Positions 1-12,825 of a stretch of 64,000 bases of DNA are shown piece after piece. The notes beneath the pieces were generated by a model that ran no database searches, was not told the DNA's origin, and worked only from the letters and a program-made list of their open reading frames with translations. The stretch's first letter is position 1. Each line of letters begins with the position of its first letter. This stretch comes from Eledone cirrhosa. Its lineage: Eukaryota. The position numbers were made by a program, and so were the translations under genes. The stretch is taken from positions 114,700,001 through 114,764,000 of the forward strand of contig OZ024743.1 of assembly GCA_964016885.1 (NCBI GenBank), given 5' to 3'.

Positions 1-79
1 AGATCAGTCGCTATTCTAATGATATTTCTTTTTTCATGCTCATAAACCTGAGCAAGATGGTCGCCAACCTTTTTCCTCT

Positions 80-211
80 GTATGTATGTATGTATGTATG
101 TATGTATGTATGTATGTATGTATGTATGTATGTATGTATGTATGTATGTATGCATGTATGTATGTATGTATGTATGCATGTATGTATGTATGTATGTATG
201 TATGCATGCAT
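80..211. repeat. (TATG)n microsatellite, representative of many (TATG)n/(TA)n/(CA)n/(GA)n tracts in the window
   Basis: Direct tandem tatg repeat; it explains the MYVC/HTYI ORFs. Confidence 0.98.
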
Positions 212-819
212 GTCAGGTCACCAGTTGGTGCTACTGGTAACATGTATCCCAGTACAACCTGTCTCATGGTCGGGTCGTTGGCGATTAAACTGGCAACCCC
301 ACCAAGGTTTCTTGGTGAGGAGGGTGACTTTGGAGATCCTGCAGGACTAAAAACAAAACCTGTCAAAGGGCAAAGGAGCTCTTAAGAGTCAATGGCCATC
401 CAAAATCACCGGGAGAGATGACCCCTTAGCCTTTGTCAAGGCAGAATTCTAGGAGAAGGAAAACTCTGATATAACACCAGCAAACCTGATGGTTTCCAAT
501 GATGTTGACTTGTTCTTCTTTTTGGTAAATATCATCTTGGTTAAGAGAGTGGGACTGGCTTTGTGCAGTGCCTTTGCTCACTATAAAAGCTTCACGGCAC
601 ATGCATTGCTTTATATCTGGAGATCTCTCTGCACTTGTCGTCACATCGTACCATGGGCCCAGCACTAGGTGGCAATAATTGTCACAGGTGTAGTGTTTGT
701 ACCAGAGTTTTCAAGACGCTGGCTGGACTAAAAAGTCACACTTGTTTAGCGCATCAGTAGGGGTTCTCCTACATGGATATAAAGTAGTGGCCGTACTAAA
801 AAACGAGTTGGCAGCCACC
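212..819. mobile_element. ~608-bp non-coding interspersed element in (ATGT)n, full copy
   Basis: Bounded by TATG arrays on both sides. Near-identical reverse copy at 52878-53483, pieces at 56241-56868 and 62120-62860. Fixed end GCAGCCACC|ATGT. No credible ORF. Confidence 0.85.
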
Positions 820-1239
820 ATGTATGTATGTATGTATGTATGTATGTATGTATGTATGTATGTATGTATGTATGTATGTATGGATGGATGTAGCTAGGTA
901 TGTATCTAGTTATGTATCTAGGTATGTATCTCTCTATCTATTTATATATATATCTGTCTGTCTCTACCTACCTACATTTCAATCTACCTTTCTACCTTCC
1001 TAATCTACTATCTGTCCAACTATATAAGCAATGCTAAAGTTATACGAATCATCGTATAACTTTATATTTGAGCTATCCAAAATATATTATTTAAAATAGA
1101 AACAACTTAACCTAACTGCTTGACATCTGCATATACATCTTAACATCTATTTTCACTTACAGCACATATATCTTAATATGTTATGATTGACTGCACATGG
1201 ATGTTACTATGTTTTCTAATCTAGGGTTTTGTAGTGCAT

Positions 1240-1410
1240 CAATAAACTGCCATTGCGGTATTTATTCTGGCACATTATATTCTGAGTTAAAATCCCACCT
1301 AAGCCAATTTTACCTTTCATCCTTCTGGCGCCGATAACATAAATTATTAGTCAAATACTGGGGTTGATATAATTAAATTTGCCCTTCCCCTAAATTTGCT
1401 GGCCTTGTGC
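1240..1410 (+). mobile_element. Decayed tRNA-derived SINE
   Basis: B-box-like gagttaaaatccc followed by cctttcatccttctggcgccgataa core and ggccttgtgc, shared with many copies in the window. Confidence 0.65.
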
Positions 1411-1984
1411 AATCTCACCATCAGAAATATTGATAGAATACCAAGATTGTCTTTTTCGTAGTTCTAGTTTTTTTTATTCTTTTATTAACCACATATCTTA
1501 AATTCTCGCTCAGGCTGATTTCAACATTCTAATTTGTTTATTCAATAATTCGTTGAGAATATCCTCATATATCAATGTTGCTTCTGAATTTTTTTTTACT
1601 TCCAATTACAAATGGCTTTTCTTAGTTACTAAAGCTGCAATAGAACAAAATACCACACCATTTCTCTCTTTCTATCACATATGCATACACATTCTTACAG
1701 ACACATATACGAATACACACCTACGTACATACACATAAACACACACTCAGACAGGCACATATACAAAGGCAGACACATGCACACAAATATACATACTCAA
1801 ACAGACACATATACGTACACAACCATAGACATATACACTCATTGAGCTAATTGAAACACACACTCAGATAGACACACGTACAAACACAGGCACTCAGACA
1901 GACATACATAAAAAAACACATCCACAGACTCCGTTTACTCTCTGAATGCTACACTCTCCACATGTTACAGACAATTAGCTCCGC

Positions 1985-2175
1985 CATTGGCACAAGGCCA
2001 ACAATTTGGGGAAGGGAAAATTCTATTTTATCAACCTCAGTAGTTAACTGCTAATTTATGTTTTATACCTCGGAAGGGTAAAAAGTTGACGCTGGCAGGA
2101 TTTAAACTCAGAATGTTTAAATTCGTATCTAAATACTGCAAATTATTTTGACCGACGCTTTAACGATTCTACCAA
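1985..2175 (-). mobile_element. Decayed tRNA-derived SINE
   Basis: ggcacaaggcc...ggatttaaactcagaa; reverse complement of the same SINE head and core. Confidence 0.6.
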
Positions 2176-2910
2176 TCCGCCATTCTATGATTTCTAATAT
2201 AGGCCATCAATTTGGAGGATGGAGAAAATTGGTTATATCAACGTCCGCGTCGTTTTATCGAACTCGAGAAGGAAAAAAGGAAAGGCTGACCTAAAATGGA
2301 TTTGAACAAATACCATATTTGTATTTTATCCGACGTTCTCCAAATCCTTCCAACTCTGTCACCATTTTATATATTACAGATATTAAGACTTCCCGGAAAG
2401 ACTAACATCTCAATGTTTGATGTCTCTCAAAAGATAAGTAACGACCGAGGAAACAAAATATATATAACAAAATGACAAGGAAACAACTTTGTTCCATTCT
2501 ATTAAAATCCAGAGTGAGATATTGAAACGTATTTTATTACTGACTAAAAGAATATAGTTCGATTTGTTGCTAAAAACAAAAAGAAGCTAAACATATAGAA
2601 ATATCAAAAAGTCATGCAATGTTGGTGGATAAAAGCATGGCTATAAAGATCCTCTTTACGCGTTTCATCATGACAGTTTATATGTTTCGTATTCATATAA
2701 AAATATACTGTACATAAACGATATATACTTTTCACAAACATATAAAGAAATAAAGTCGCATTCAGGATATGTTTCACATATGTGTGTGACACAACACGTG
2801 TATCTGAATAATACATGCACATATGAAAGAAAGGAATTTACATTAGTGTTTGCTTATCCTAGACGTGTATTTTTTATGCATAAGTAATATGTTAGATACA
2901 ATACATACAC

Positions 2911-2942
<32 letters not shown>

Positions 2943-2944
2943 TG

Positions 2945-3854
2945 TTCTTCTGGTTTTATAATTTCACAAAGTTTTACCAATTGAGAGAGAGTCGGTTTCT
3001 AACATAAACACAAGACTCTCTCATTGGAATTTACACAACATCAACTATTTAGATATGTATGTATGTCTGCATGCATGCATGTGTAGATATGGATGTTATT
3101 GTATGTGTGGATGTGTATGTTTTGAGTTGTATGTGTGCATGTGTATATGCTTTGTATCTGTACACGTGTATATGCAGTTATTAGATGCAACGTTTTGGGA
3201 ATGTTTTACATATTTTTACTGTTCCATTAATGGATTGTACTTGTAATTTCCTAACTAGTTGTGTTCTTTCTGTTACTGTGAAGCCTAGCTTCTCAAGATT
3301 TGTATTGAGGCAGTTACTAACATACCCCAGTGCCCCAATAATCACAGGCATAGATCTGAAGGTGTAATCAGGGTGGAGTATCTGCAGATTTCTCATCAGT
3401 TCTGCATAAATATTCTCCTTTTCACTAATCTTTGATATTATATTGGCATCTGCTGGGCAGCTAATTTCCACTACTGTGCATGTTTTCTTCTCCCTGTCTG
3501 ATATCATAATATCTGGTCTGTTATGCCTGCATTTTATTGGGGTTTTTACTGGAACATTCCACCAGTACTCTTTCATATTATGTACATGGATGTCTTCCAC
3601 ATTGTTGTAGCTTTTAATGTGTTTATTATCGGGGCTATCTTTTTTACGAACTGCATTGTACAGTGTTTTGGCCACTACATCATGCCTCATAGGTAGATAG
3701 TACCGCGATGACATCTTTGGGCAGCTGGTGTGGACATGGGTGATATCCTCCATGTTAGTTCTGCAGAGTCTGTACTTGTTATCACATCTAGGTGTTTTTC
3801 CTGCATCCCTATCTCTTTTGTGAATCAGGTATTTCGTGCTAATCTCCTGTTCTT
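2945..3854 (-). mobile_element. 5'-truncated R4/Dong-type non-LTR element (zinc knuckle, RLE domain, 3' UTR)
   Basis: ORF 3181-3753: HV..SCP, RHD, RPDIMI..D...VVEISCP, K..Y = PD-(D/E)xK restriction-like endonuclease. Highly similar to 57537-58430. Flanked by (TATG)n on both sides. Confidence 0.9.
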
Positions 3855-3936
3855 ATGTATGTATGTATGTATGTATGTATGTATGTATGTATGTATGTAT
3901 GTATGTATGTATGTATGTATGTATGTATGTATGTAC

Positions 3937-3997
<61 letters not shown>

Positions 3998-4086
3998 TAC
4001 ATATACATGTATATATATACTTGTATACGTTTGTGTCAGTGCGTGTGTATGTGCATGTGTATATATATACATATATAATATATATA

Positions 4087-4142
<56 letters not shown>

Positions 4143-4146
<4 letters not shown>

Positions 4147-4335
4147 ATGTTTAACCTCGACGGCAGAGCTCAAGCCGATTCGACGGCTATTTCTGAGTCC
4201 AGAAATAGCCGTCGAAACGGCTTAAGCTCTGCCATCGGGGTTAAACATTTTCCTATTACCCACTCTACTACCCTAAGTATTGAGTAGTCTTGTGCGTTAT
4301 GGTCCATCTGGTTCCTTACTACACATGCTTCGTTA
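4143..4335. mobile_element. Inverted pLTR remnant in (TA)n, family of 47374-48084
   Basis: Palindrome 4143-4252 centred on agtc. Contains the HHR 3' half GAAACGGCTTAAGCTC. Tail homologous to 47374-47460 and 52663-52750. Confidence 0.8.
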
Positions 4336-5342
4336 TATATATATATATATATTTATATATACAAGCATATAATATATGTATGTATGTTAATATATATACG
4401 TTTGTGTCGGTGTGTTTGTGAGTTGGGGTGTGTGTATGTATCTTTCTGTCTCCATGGATTAATGTGCGCATTTGTATAGCATATGCCACTAAATGTGGTA
4501 TAAGGGATGCAATTCTAATCACTCTCTTCAAGAAAAGACAGAGAGACAGATAGACGGGCAAACCGACGGATAGACAAACAGGTAAACAAGCATAAATACT
4601 GACACTAATTATGTTTAAGATACCTGTAGTTTTCATATGATTGTAGATGTTTATCTTTAAACACTTCACCTAAAACTTTCTAAGGGGTGGCTGGACAATT
4701 TTGACGTTTGTTACCCAAAATATGCGTTTGGTATTACGCAATTTCAATTCAATGTCTGTGGGTTAATGAGGTCCAAATACTATTTGCTGTGACTGGTATT
4801 CGGCTAATATAACCCCAGGTTCCAGACAAAGAAATGGTGGGAGATACATCTGACTCCATTTCTAGGACCACTGTCGTTTGAGAACAGGTATGATAGTGGG
4901 TTTAACGAAAGGATGAACAGCAGCACTGACAATGTATGTATGTATGTATGTATGTATGTATGTATGTATGTATGTATGTATGTATGTATGTATACCTGTC
5001 TGTCTGTTTGTATGTATGTATGTATGCATGTATGTATGAATGTATGTAGGTACTTATATCTGTATGTCTACTTGTCTATTTGTCTCTCTATGTATGTATG
5101 TATGTAATTAATATGTATAAATACATATCTGATCTACCGATCAGCCCGACATTAACACGTCATTCTATGTTGTATTTCACAGTTTGAAAGCATATGGTGG
5201 TAGTTCCTGCCGGTCATAAAATATTTAACATAAAAAAATATTTTCCGTTAAGGACCAACACATCTCTTACCACTGCTATCATTAACACTTTCACTCAAAC
5301 CAACAACTACTACATTTATAACCATAAGAATTGTTTCTACTT

Positions 5343-5690
5343 TAGGCACAAGGCCAGCAACTACCCAGTGCATTACTGGTACTTTATTTTATCGACCCTG
5401 TAAGGATGAAAGGCAAAGTCAATCTCGGCGGGATTTGAACTCAGATCGTAAAGGGACGTAACTATGCTGGAAAGCATGGCGTCCGACCCTCTAACGATAC
5501 TGCCAATCCAAACCATAATAATGATTTATAATTTAGGCACAGGGCCAGCAAATTAGGGAAACGGGAAATGTCGATTATAACAACCAGAGTACAAGGCTTA
5601 CTTTATTTTATCAAACCCGGAAGAATGAAACGCACAGTTGATCTTGGCGGGATTTGAACTCAGAACGTAAAGAGCTACACGAAATACCAC
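5343..5690 (-). mobile_element. Two tandem tRNA-derived SINE remnants
   Basis: Repeated ggcacaaggccagcaa...ggatgaaaggcaaagtc...ggcgggatttgaactcaga, the reverse complement of a B box plus core. Confidence 0.75.
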
Positions 5691-5776
5691 AATAATATTT
5701 CAACACCCCCGATAATAACTAGAATGATAGTAGCAGCATAATTTGGTAGAATGGACCTCCGTCGCTTTCACTACGA

Positions 5777-6024
5777 CTGTTAAACTGTTAAACGTTAAAC
5801 TGTTAAACTGTTAAACTGTTAAACGTTAAACTGTTAAACTGTTAAACGTTAAACTGTTAAACTGTTAAACTGTTAAACGTTAAACTGTTAAACTGTTAAA
5901 CTGTTAAACGTTAAACTGTTAAACTGTTAAACTGTTAAACGTTAAACTGTTAAACTGTTAAACGTTAAACGTTAAACTGTTAAACTGTTAAACTGTTAAA
6001 CGTTAAACTGTTAAACTGTTAAAC
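5777..6024. repeat. Minisatellite of CTGTTAAA / CGTTAAA units
   Basis: Direct alternation of 8-mer and 7-mer units over ~250 bp. Confidence 0.95.
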
Positions 6025-7358
6025 GGAATAACCTCCTCATGAAATTACCGTGTAAGTAGCCGAGCATAGACCATACGCATATACCCTTAATGTAATTTTC
6101 GGAGAGATTCTATGTATGACACTATGTATGACAAGGGTACCTCTTTGAGTTACAGTTAAAACTCACTCATGGAATGGCTCTTCGTCGGTTTAGACGAGAA
6201 GCTTTCCAGTTAGTCGATCAATTGTACAGGTTACTGATAAAATTAACGTGCAAGTGGTTGATTATTTCATTAGTACAATTAACGTAATTCTGGGGTAGAT
6301 TCAGAAATACACAGTGTGTAACAATGTTGGTCCTTTGAATCATATGTACAATCCAACCGACAGGCTTCCGAACAGATTCCGTCTATCTAGTTCCACCCAC
6401 AAGTCATTGGTTATAATAAATAACACAAGCCCAAGTTGCCACTTAGTGGGGTCGAACCTTGGACCTAATAATTGCGAAGCAAACTCATTATCCATTCGGC
6501 AAAGCAGCGTACACTGCATGACATCTATAGTTCTTACACGATACTATTAACGACAGCACCAACTTGGCCGTTGTGGTCGGCGACTATGATGACGAAGACT
6601 GCCACCCACACCCTAACATCGACAAAGAACCCATTACTACATATATATATTGCTATTTCTCTGGCTGTGTTTGTAGCTATTGCAGCTGCCGCAGCAAATG
6701 TTGTGTCTGCTGTGTTTTTATTAATATTTGTTTTAATAGCTAATAAAACATCTTATTAAATAAAACCAAGTGACTTTGCACAGATGCACTAAAGAACAGC
6801 TTTTAGAAAACTAGTTGAAGCTATTTAACTAGTTTAACTAGGAATTAATTTGGAGAAACTAATCATTTTAACAATACAGCAACATGTCCTCTTATTTTCT
6901 CAGTCTTTATTCTCACTAACTATCAATATTTCTTGTTATCTCTCGCTTGCGTATGCATCTTCTCACTAGCTTTTGTTCTCTGTTTCTTCTTTACCTACAG
7001 TAAAATGCAAATAGTGTTATTGAATTAACAGCAGAAAATATACAAATGAAGCACTTATCTGACCACCATCACACCCACCAACATCAGTATAACTTTCACC
7101 AAGACCACCACCATCACCACCACCAGTAACACTACATCTACCGAGACCACCAACATCACCCCCCCCCCACCAACAAGATTCCCTCCACCACCATAACCAA
7201 CACCTCCACCACGTTCATACAGCACAATCACTACCAGTAGAATCATTACCTCATCCACCACCACCACCACCACCACCACCACAACCACTATCACCATATA
7301 AGTGATTGGTCAAGCTACTAGAAATAATCAACAAATCTTCCTCAATTACACCCTATCG

Positions 7359-7393
<35 letters not shown>

Positions 7394-7627
7394 TAAAGTG
7401 GTCCTTCATCAGTGATCTTCCAACCATCATTGGTATTTCTTCGCTTTAAAGACCATATACCTCCGGTTGGTGCGAGCAACGGCTAAAACAAGTCGCTGGG
7501 ACACGTAAATAAAGGGAACAGCGAGAGTGTAAACAGACAAAGATGGTGAAGCAACGAAAAGTGAGGAAGAACGAGTCAAGTCCCAAATTTCCATGAATAT
7601 AAGTTCGGTGAAATCGTGAACGAGAGA

Positions 7628-7687
<60 letters not shown>

Positions 7688-7856
7688 AGGGAGTGTAACG
7701 TTAAGTTACTGTAGCGAGGTGTAGAGCTAGACAGAGTGTAATATAATAATACAAGGATGATTTGTTAAGCCTTCATTACGTTTCGCTACAGATCAGCTCA
7801 AGGTTCGATCTGTATCGATCTGGCCCGACTCTGGAATCAAAAGCTCGTCGGACCTC
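7688..7856 (-). mobile_element. pLTR remnant, CCGACGA-core HHR family (also 24075-24443 and 54190-54330)
   Basis: gatcagctcaaggttcgatctgtatcgatc and ctccctggatatata termini shared with those loci; abuts (TA)n. Confidence 0.7.
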
Positions 7857-8338
7857 TGTACGTCTGTATACATATATGTATGTACGTGTACATACATACT
7901 TACATTTAAGTAAGTGCCATACTAAGAGTGAGAAATGAAATTTCGTTTTCATTTTTTTCAACTTATCGTTTTCGGTATGCCTGACCGATTTAACTCACTT
8001 AATATGCAAATTAGGCTGCTCAGCCGTTAATTTTCATAAGGAAAGTATATACTTTCGAACGTTCAACTATCTGGCAGATGGGTAAACGGTGCTGATGATA
8101 GCTAACAAGCTTGAAACTAGTACATCGTTCCTGTGTCAGTGTTGAACAAAAAGGTGACGTGGTTGCCTTAACACCGTATGGCATAAATTCAGGCTGTTCG
8201 ATTTGTTGACAAACAAACGAACAAAGCAGGCGCTATAATAAACGTCGGCTAAACTGATGCGTGCATATATGTATGTGTACCTGTATGCATATGTGTATAT
8301 ATATATGCATGCTACTGTACGTCTGTATACATACTTAC

Positions 8339-8340
<2 letters not shown>
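7856..8340 (+). mobile_element. Retrozyme-like unit, ~459-nt period
   Basis: ctgtacgtctgtatacata recurs at 7856 and 8315. One HHR inside. Reverse homolog at ~54900-55410. Confidence 0.65.
8085..8129 (+). ncRNA. Type I hammerhead ribozyme
   Basis: aacggtg-CTGATGA-tagc taacaa gctt-GAAAC ta GTA-catcgtt. 7-bp stem I; palindromic stem III ACTAGT. Confidence 0.85.
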
Positions 8341-8382
<42 letters not shown>

Positions 8383-8668
8383 TCATCACCGTTTTACGTC
8401 CGTTCTTCCACGCTAGCATGGGTTAGACGGGTTGTCCTGTTGTGGGCAGTGTCTGGTCGGCTGACCATGCCTTGCTCATACAGGAACTGATCTGGCTTGA
8501 TTTCTACAGCTGGATGCCCTTCCTAACACCAACCTCATTTACAGTGAGTGCTGGGTGCTTTTTCGTGGCGCCTACACGTCCACTTTACAGTGTGGGCTGG
8601 GTGCTTTTTTGCCGTGGCACCTCCACGACCACCTTGCGGTGGGGGGGGGGGCATATTGTTTATATGCT

Positions 8669-10738
8669 TCAGCATGTACCCATGGGAGGTCGGGTACCCT
8701 GTATTACTGCGTGACGCCAGAAGTCACGGTCGTGTGTCATTGACTTTGAGAGGTGTAGTTGGGTAAGGTCGGCTTTTATCACCTCATCCCAAGTCATCTT
8801 GGGTCTCCCCACTCCGCGGTTTACATCAACTTCTAGTGCTCTGCACCTTTTTATGCAGCTGTCATCCTTCATACGCATCACATGTCCATACCAGCGTAAC
8901 TGCCTCTCCTGCACGCAGCATTTGATTCCTCTTATGCTCAGTCTCTCTCTCAATTCCTTTATGCTTTGTCGTTCACGTATATTACTGTTACACATCCATC
9001 GGAGCATGCAGGCTTCGTTTCTCTCTAATCTACGTAAGTCTTCCACCTTCAGCGCCCAGGTCTCACTACCATGCAACATCGCTGTTCGGATACACGCATC
9101 ATACAGTCTGCCTTTCATTCTGAGGGAGAAGCCTTTTGCAGCTAGCAGTGGTAGTAGTTCCCTAAACTTCTTCCATCCCGTTCTTACCCTAGTTATTGTA
9201 CTTTCTGAGCACCCACCTCCGTTGCTAATTCGGTCACCTAGGTAGCAGAAGCTGTCTACTGTTTCTACAGGGCCCTCCCAGAGATTGGTGGTACTTGTTT
9301 CCTGTGGCTGTTTGCTTGCTGTTTCAGCACAGCTGCTGCATGTGAATCCTACATTCTTAATTAAGCTTCCTGAGATCCCGCTACATCTCTTGTGTACCCA
9401 TTGTTTGCATTTGGGGCAGAGAATGGAGTTCCTACCTACACCTTTCCTACATACTGAGCAAGGCCATTTCCCTGAGGGGATCTGGGTTCTGTTTTCTCGT
9501 CTACTTATAAGGACCTTAGTCTTTGTCATGTTGACTTTGAGGCCCTTTCTCTCTAGTCCCTGCTTCCAGGTTTGGAATTTATTCTCTAGTTCTACCATAG
9601 ATTCAGCTATGAGTGCGAGGTCATCAGCATACAGGAGTTCCCATGGGCATCCGGTCTTAAACTCCTCCGTTATTGCCTGCAGGACTATGATGAACAGGAG
9701 AGGGCTAAGAACAGAGCCCTGGTGGACCCCAACCTGTACGCTAAATTCCTCGCTATACTCATTGCCAATCCTAACTTTGCTGACTGCTCCCCTATACATG
9801 GCTTGTACCGCTTTCACAAGCCATTCATCTACTAGTTTTCTAAGAGCCCACCAGATTACTGCACGTGGAACTCTGTCAAAGGCTTTCTCAAGGTCGACAA
9901 ATGCCAAGTAGAGTGGCTTACTTTTAGCTAGGTACTTTTCCTGTAATTGCCTCACAAGGAAGAGGGCATCAGTGGTGCCTTTCCCTGGTACAAACCCAAA
10001 TTGCATCTCGTCTATATTCACCCGGTCCCTAATCAGCTGTGCTATAACTCTTTCTGTTACTTTCATGACCTGGTCCATCAACTTTATACCTCTATAGTTT
10101 CCTCTATCTAGTGCATCGCCTTTACCTTTGTAGCAGTTGACACTGATGCTACTGCACCAATCTTTTGGTATGGCCCCCTCTAGTATTACCTGGTTAACGA
10201 TACGTGTGGTTATAGTGTGACCTACAGACCCAGATGCCTTCAGCATCTCGGCAGCTATACCCGATGGACCGGTTGCCTTCCCTATCTTCATATCTCTGAT
10301 TGCCTTACTTACTACGCTGCCGCTGACTTGTACTGCTGGTCCCTCTATAGGGTCTACGTGGGGTAGGGTCTCTTCTTCCCATGCATTCTCCTCATTTAGT
10401 AATCTATCATAATGACTCTTCCATGCATCTTTCTTCTCAGCACTTGTGAGGGCAAGCTCACCTTTATCATTCCGGATACACTTCTCTCCAATGACATCAC
10501 AACTATCTCTGACACACTGCCTCGCAATCTTGAATACCTCCTGTTTCTGGTCCTCACGTTGTAAAACATGCTTGAATTTTCTATCCCCTGCTTCCCTCCT
10601 AGCTAAGTATACTTGTCGCCTAGCTTCCCTCTTGGTCTCTATGTAATGTACCCTGCTCCCCCCGTTCTTCCATTCTTTCCATGCCTGTCTCTTGGCCTTG
10701 ACTGCTTCATCTACCTTATTGTTCCACCACCAAGTCAC
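8669..10738 (-). pseudogene. RTE ORF, reverse transcriptase part with embedded PHD-type finger
   Basis: NYRGIKL, QFGF, FVDLEKAFD, GVHQGSVLSP, LYADD, YLG, WYGHV motifs. C4HC3 cluster at ~9329-9466. Confidence 0.95.
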
Positions 10739-10813
10739 TCTCCTCCTGCTTGAGGTCTTACTCCAGCCACAAACCTCATCCGTCGCCTCTAGTAAGTTAT
10801 TTTTTAGGAACTC

Positions 10814-11785
10814 TCAGTTCTCTTCTACGTTAAATGTCTCTATCTGTTCTTCTTTACTGTCGTAGGCGTTGAGTAAAATATCTTTAAATCTGTTACTGGT
10901 TGAGGGGACTTTCAGCTTCCAGATCTTTCTTCTCCAGGTTGGCCTCTGTTTCAGGGCTCGTCTAGTTCTGACCGTGAGGTCGCTGACAACTAAGCTATGT
11001 TGGGATGTACATTCCTCACTAGGGAAGGCTTTTGTGTTTACGACCGTCCATCTGTCACGTCCTCTGATGAGGATAAAATCTAACTGACTAGAGTGCTCCC
11101 CTGATCTATAGGTGATCAGGTGGTTGTCGGGTTTTTTAAAGTTTGTGTTACATATCGACATGTCATTGGCGTCGCAGAATTCTAGAAGTCTGAATCCTTC
11201 CTCATTCCTTGTGCCAACTCCATGGCCTCCATGTACTCTATTGAAGCCGTCGCAGTGTTTACCTACGTGTCCGTTAAAATCTCCTGCAATGATTAGGAAG
11301 TCCTTGTCGTCTGTTAGAGCAGTAGTGTGTATTAGGGACTCGTAAAACCTATCCTTAAGTTCGTCTGGCAGCCCCGATTGGGGTGCGTAAGCTGATATTA
11401 TTGTGGTAATTGTCTTATTCAGGACTAGTCTGAGTTTAATGATTCTTGCATTTACCCTGTACACTGAGATTACTTTATCTACCCACTTGTCAGCTAATAG
11501 TATACCTACACCACCCATCCCATCGTCATTTCCCACCCAGAAAAATTTGTAGCACTGGCTTTTTCCTACAAGGACTCTAGCAGACCCTCCTCTCCATCTA
11601 GTCTCTTGCACACAGCATACATCAACTTCCTTTCGCTCTAGCATTTCTACGATTTCTCCTGCTCTTCCTTTCATTGAGCCTACATTGATGGTACCAACTC
11701 GGAGTTTTGGGCATTTGTCGACACTCGTAGGGGAGGGTCTCTGGGTTGGCGCTTCACGTGGGTGTTTGGTAGCTCGCAGATTCAT
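10814..11785 (-). pseudogene. RTE ORF, apurinic-like endonuclease (APE) part
   Basis: GTINVGSM, VCCVQETRW, SAYAPQ, AGDFNGHVG, LDFIL, SQHSLV motifs. Ends in a TGA that is in frame with the RT ORF. Confidence 0.93.
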
Positions 11786-12023
11786 ATTTCATCTATTCAG
11801 AGTTGCTCGTGTATTCCCAGCTCATCCATCCATAACGGTGGGAAAATTGAGGGCTAGAAGAACAGTGGTGGTGGGGTAATGGCAGGGTGTGTTGGGATGC
11901 GCCAGAGGAGGAGAGAGTTAGTTAGGCAGGTAGTAGCAGCAGCAGTGGAAACGGCATGCTAGGTTTGATTGGTCGAATAGACTATGGTGGTGTGTGGGGG
12001 TGGGGGGGAGGGAAATTGTGAGG

Positions 12024-12825
12024 TAGGAACTGAGGGTCGCATGGTAAATATCCAAGTTAATACTACATCAGTAAATTTAACAATAATAACGTCATGAAAA
12101 ACTACTAAGAGAAACCCTCGAAAATTTATCGCTAATACAGCAGGGAAAATTTAACGCTAATACAGCAGGGAACATCATAATATTAACGACAATATGTAGG
12201 CTAAAATACCTTCGTAGATTAGATGGATGGCTGGAAAAATTGGAATCAGCTCTAGTGATACATTTTAGCAGAGAAGAATGGGAAAGTGTCTTATCTCTTC
12301 AATATTTTCAGATTGAATGAATTAGGTTAAAGACAGGGTAGTAAGCCTTAAAGAAGTGCATAGAGAGGGGGGGGGAGTAGGAACTGAGGGTCGCATGGTA
12401 AATAACTGAGAGAGATACAATAGGATTAGAATACCGCATGGTAAATATCCAAGTTAATAAGTTAATACTACATCAGTAAAATTAACAATAATAATAACGT
12501 CATGAAAAACTACTAAGAGAAACCCTCGAAAATTTATCGCTAATACAGCAGGGAAAATTTAACGCTAATACAGCAGGGAACATCATAATATTAACGACAA
12601 TATGTAGGCTAAAATACCTTCGTAGATTAGATGGATGGCTGGAAAAATTGGAATCAGCTCTAGTGATACATTTTAGCAGAGAAGAATGGGAAAGTGTCTT
12701 ATCTCTTCAATATTTTCAGATTGAATGAATTAGGTTAAAGACAGGGTAGTAAGCCTTAAAGAAGTGCATAGAGAGGGGGGGGGGGGTAGGAACTGAGGGT
12801 CGCATGGTAAATAACTGAGAGAGAT

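Noticed and set aside
4660-4770. piggyBac-like TTAA-CCC terminus
   Set aside because: No matching second terminus found.
5777-6024. Telomere-like or CRISPR-like array
   Set aside because: Not TTAGGG-like, no G-rich strand, no spacers.
7055-7297. Val/Gly-rich ORF
   Set aside because: Degenerate (CAC)n low-complexity tract.
7395-7420. CTGATGA on the minus strand as a hammerhead
   Set aside because: Runs into (TA)n before any stem II closure or GAAA; incomplete.
10814-10816. In-frame TGA as selenocysteine or programmed readthrough
   Set aside because: Single stop at a position compatible with a TGG-to-TGA mutation; no SECIS identified. Selenocysteine use is known for Naiad PLEs, not RTEs.
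8799-11879. Plus-strand ORFs overlapping the RTE
   Set aside because: Antisense shadows of the RTE coding frame with no motifs.
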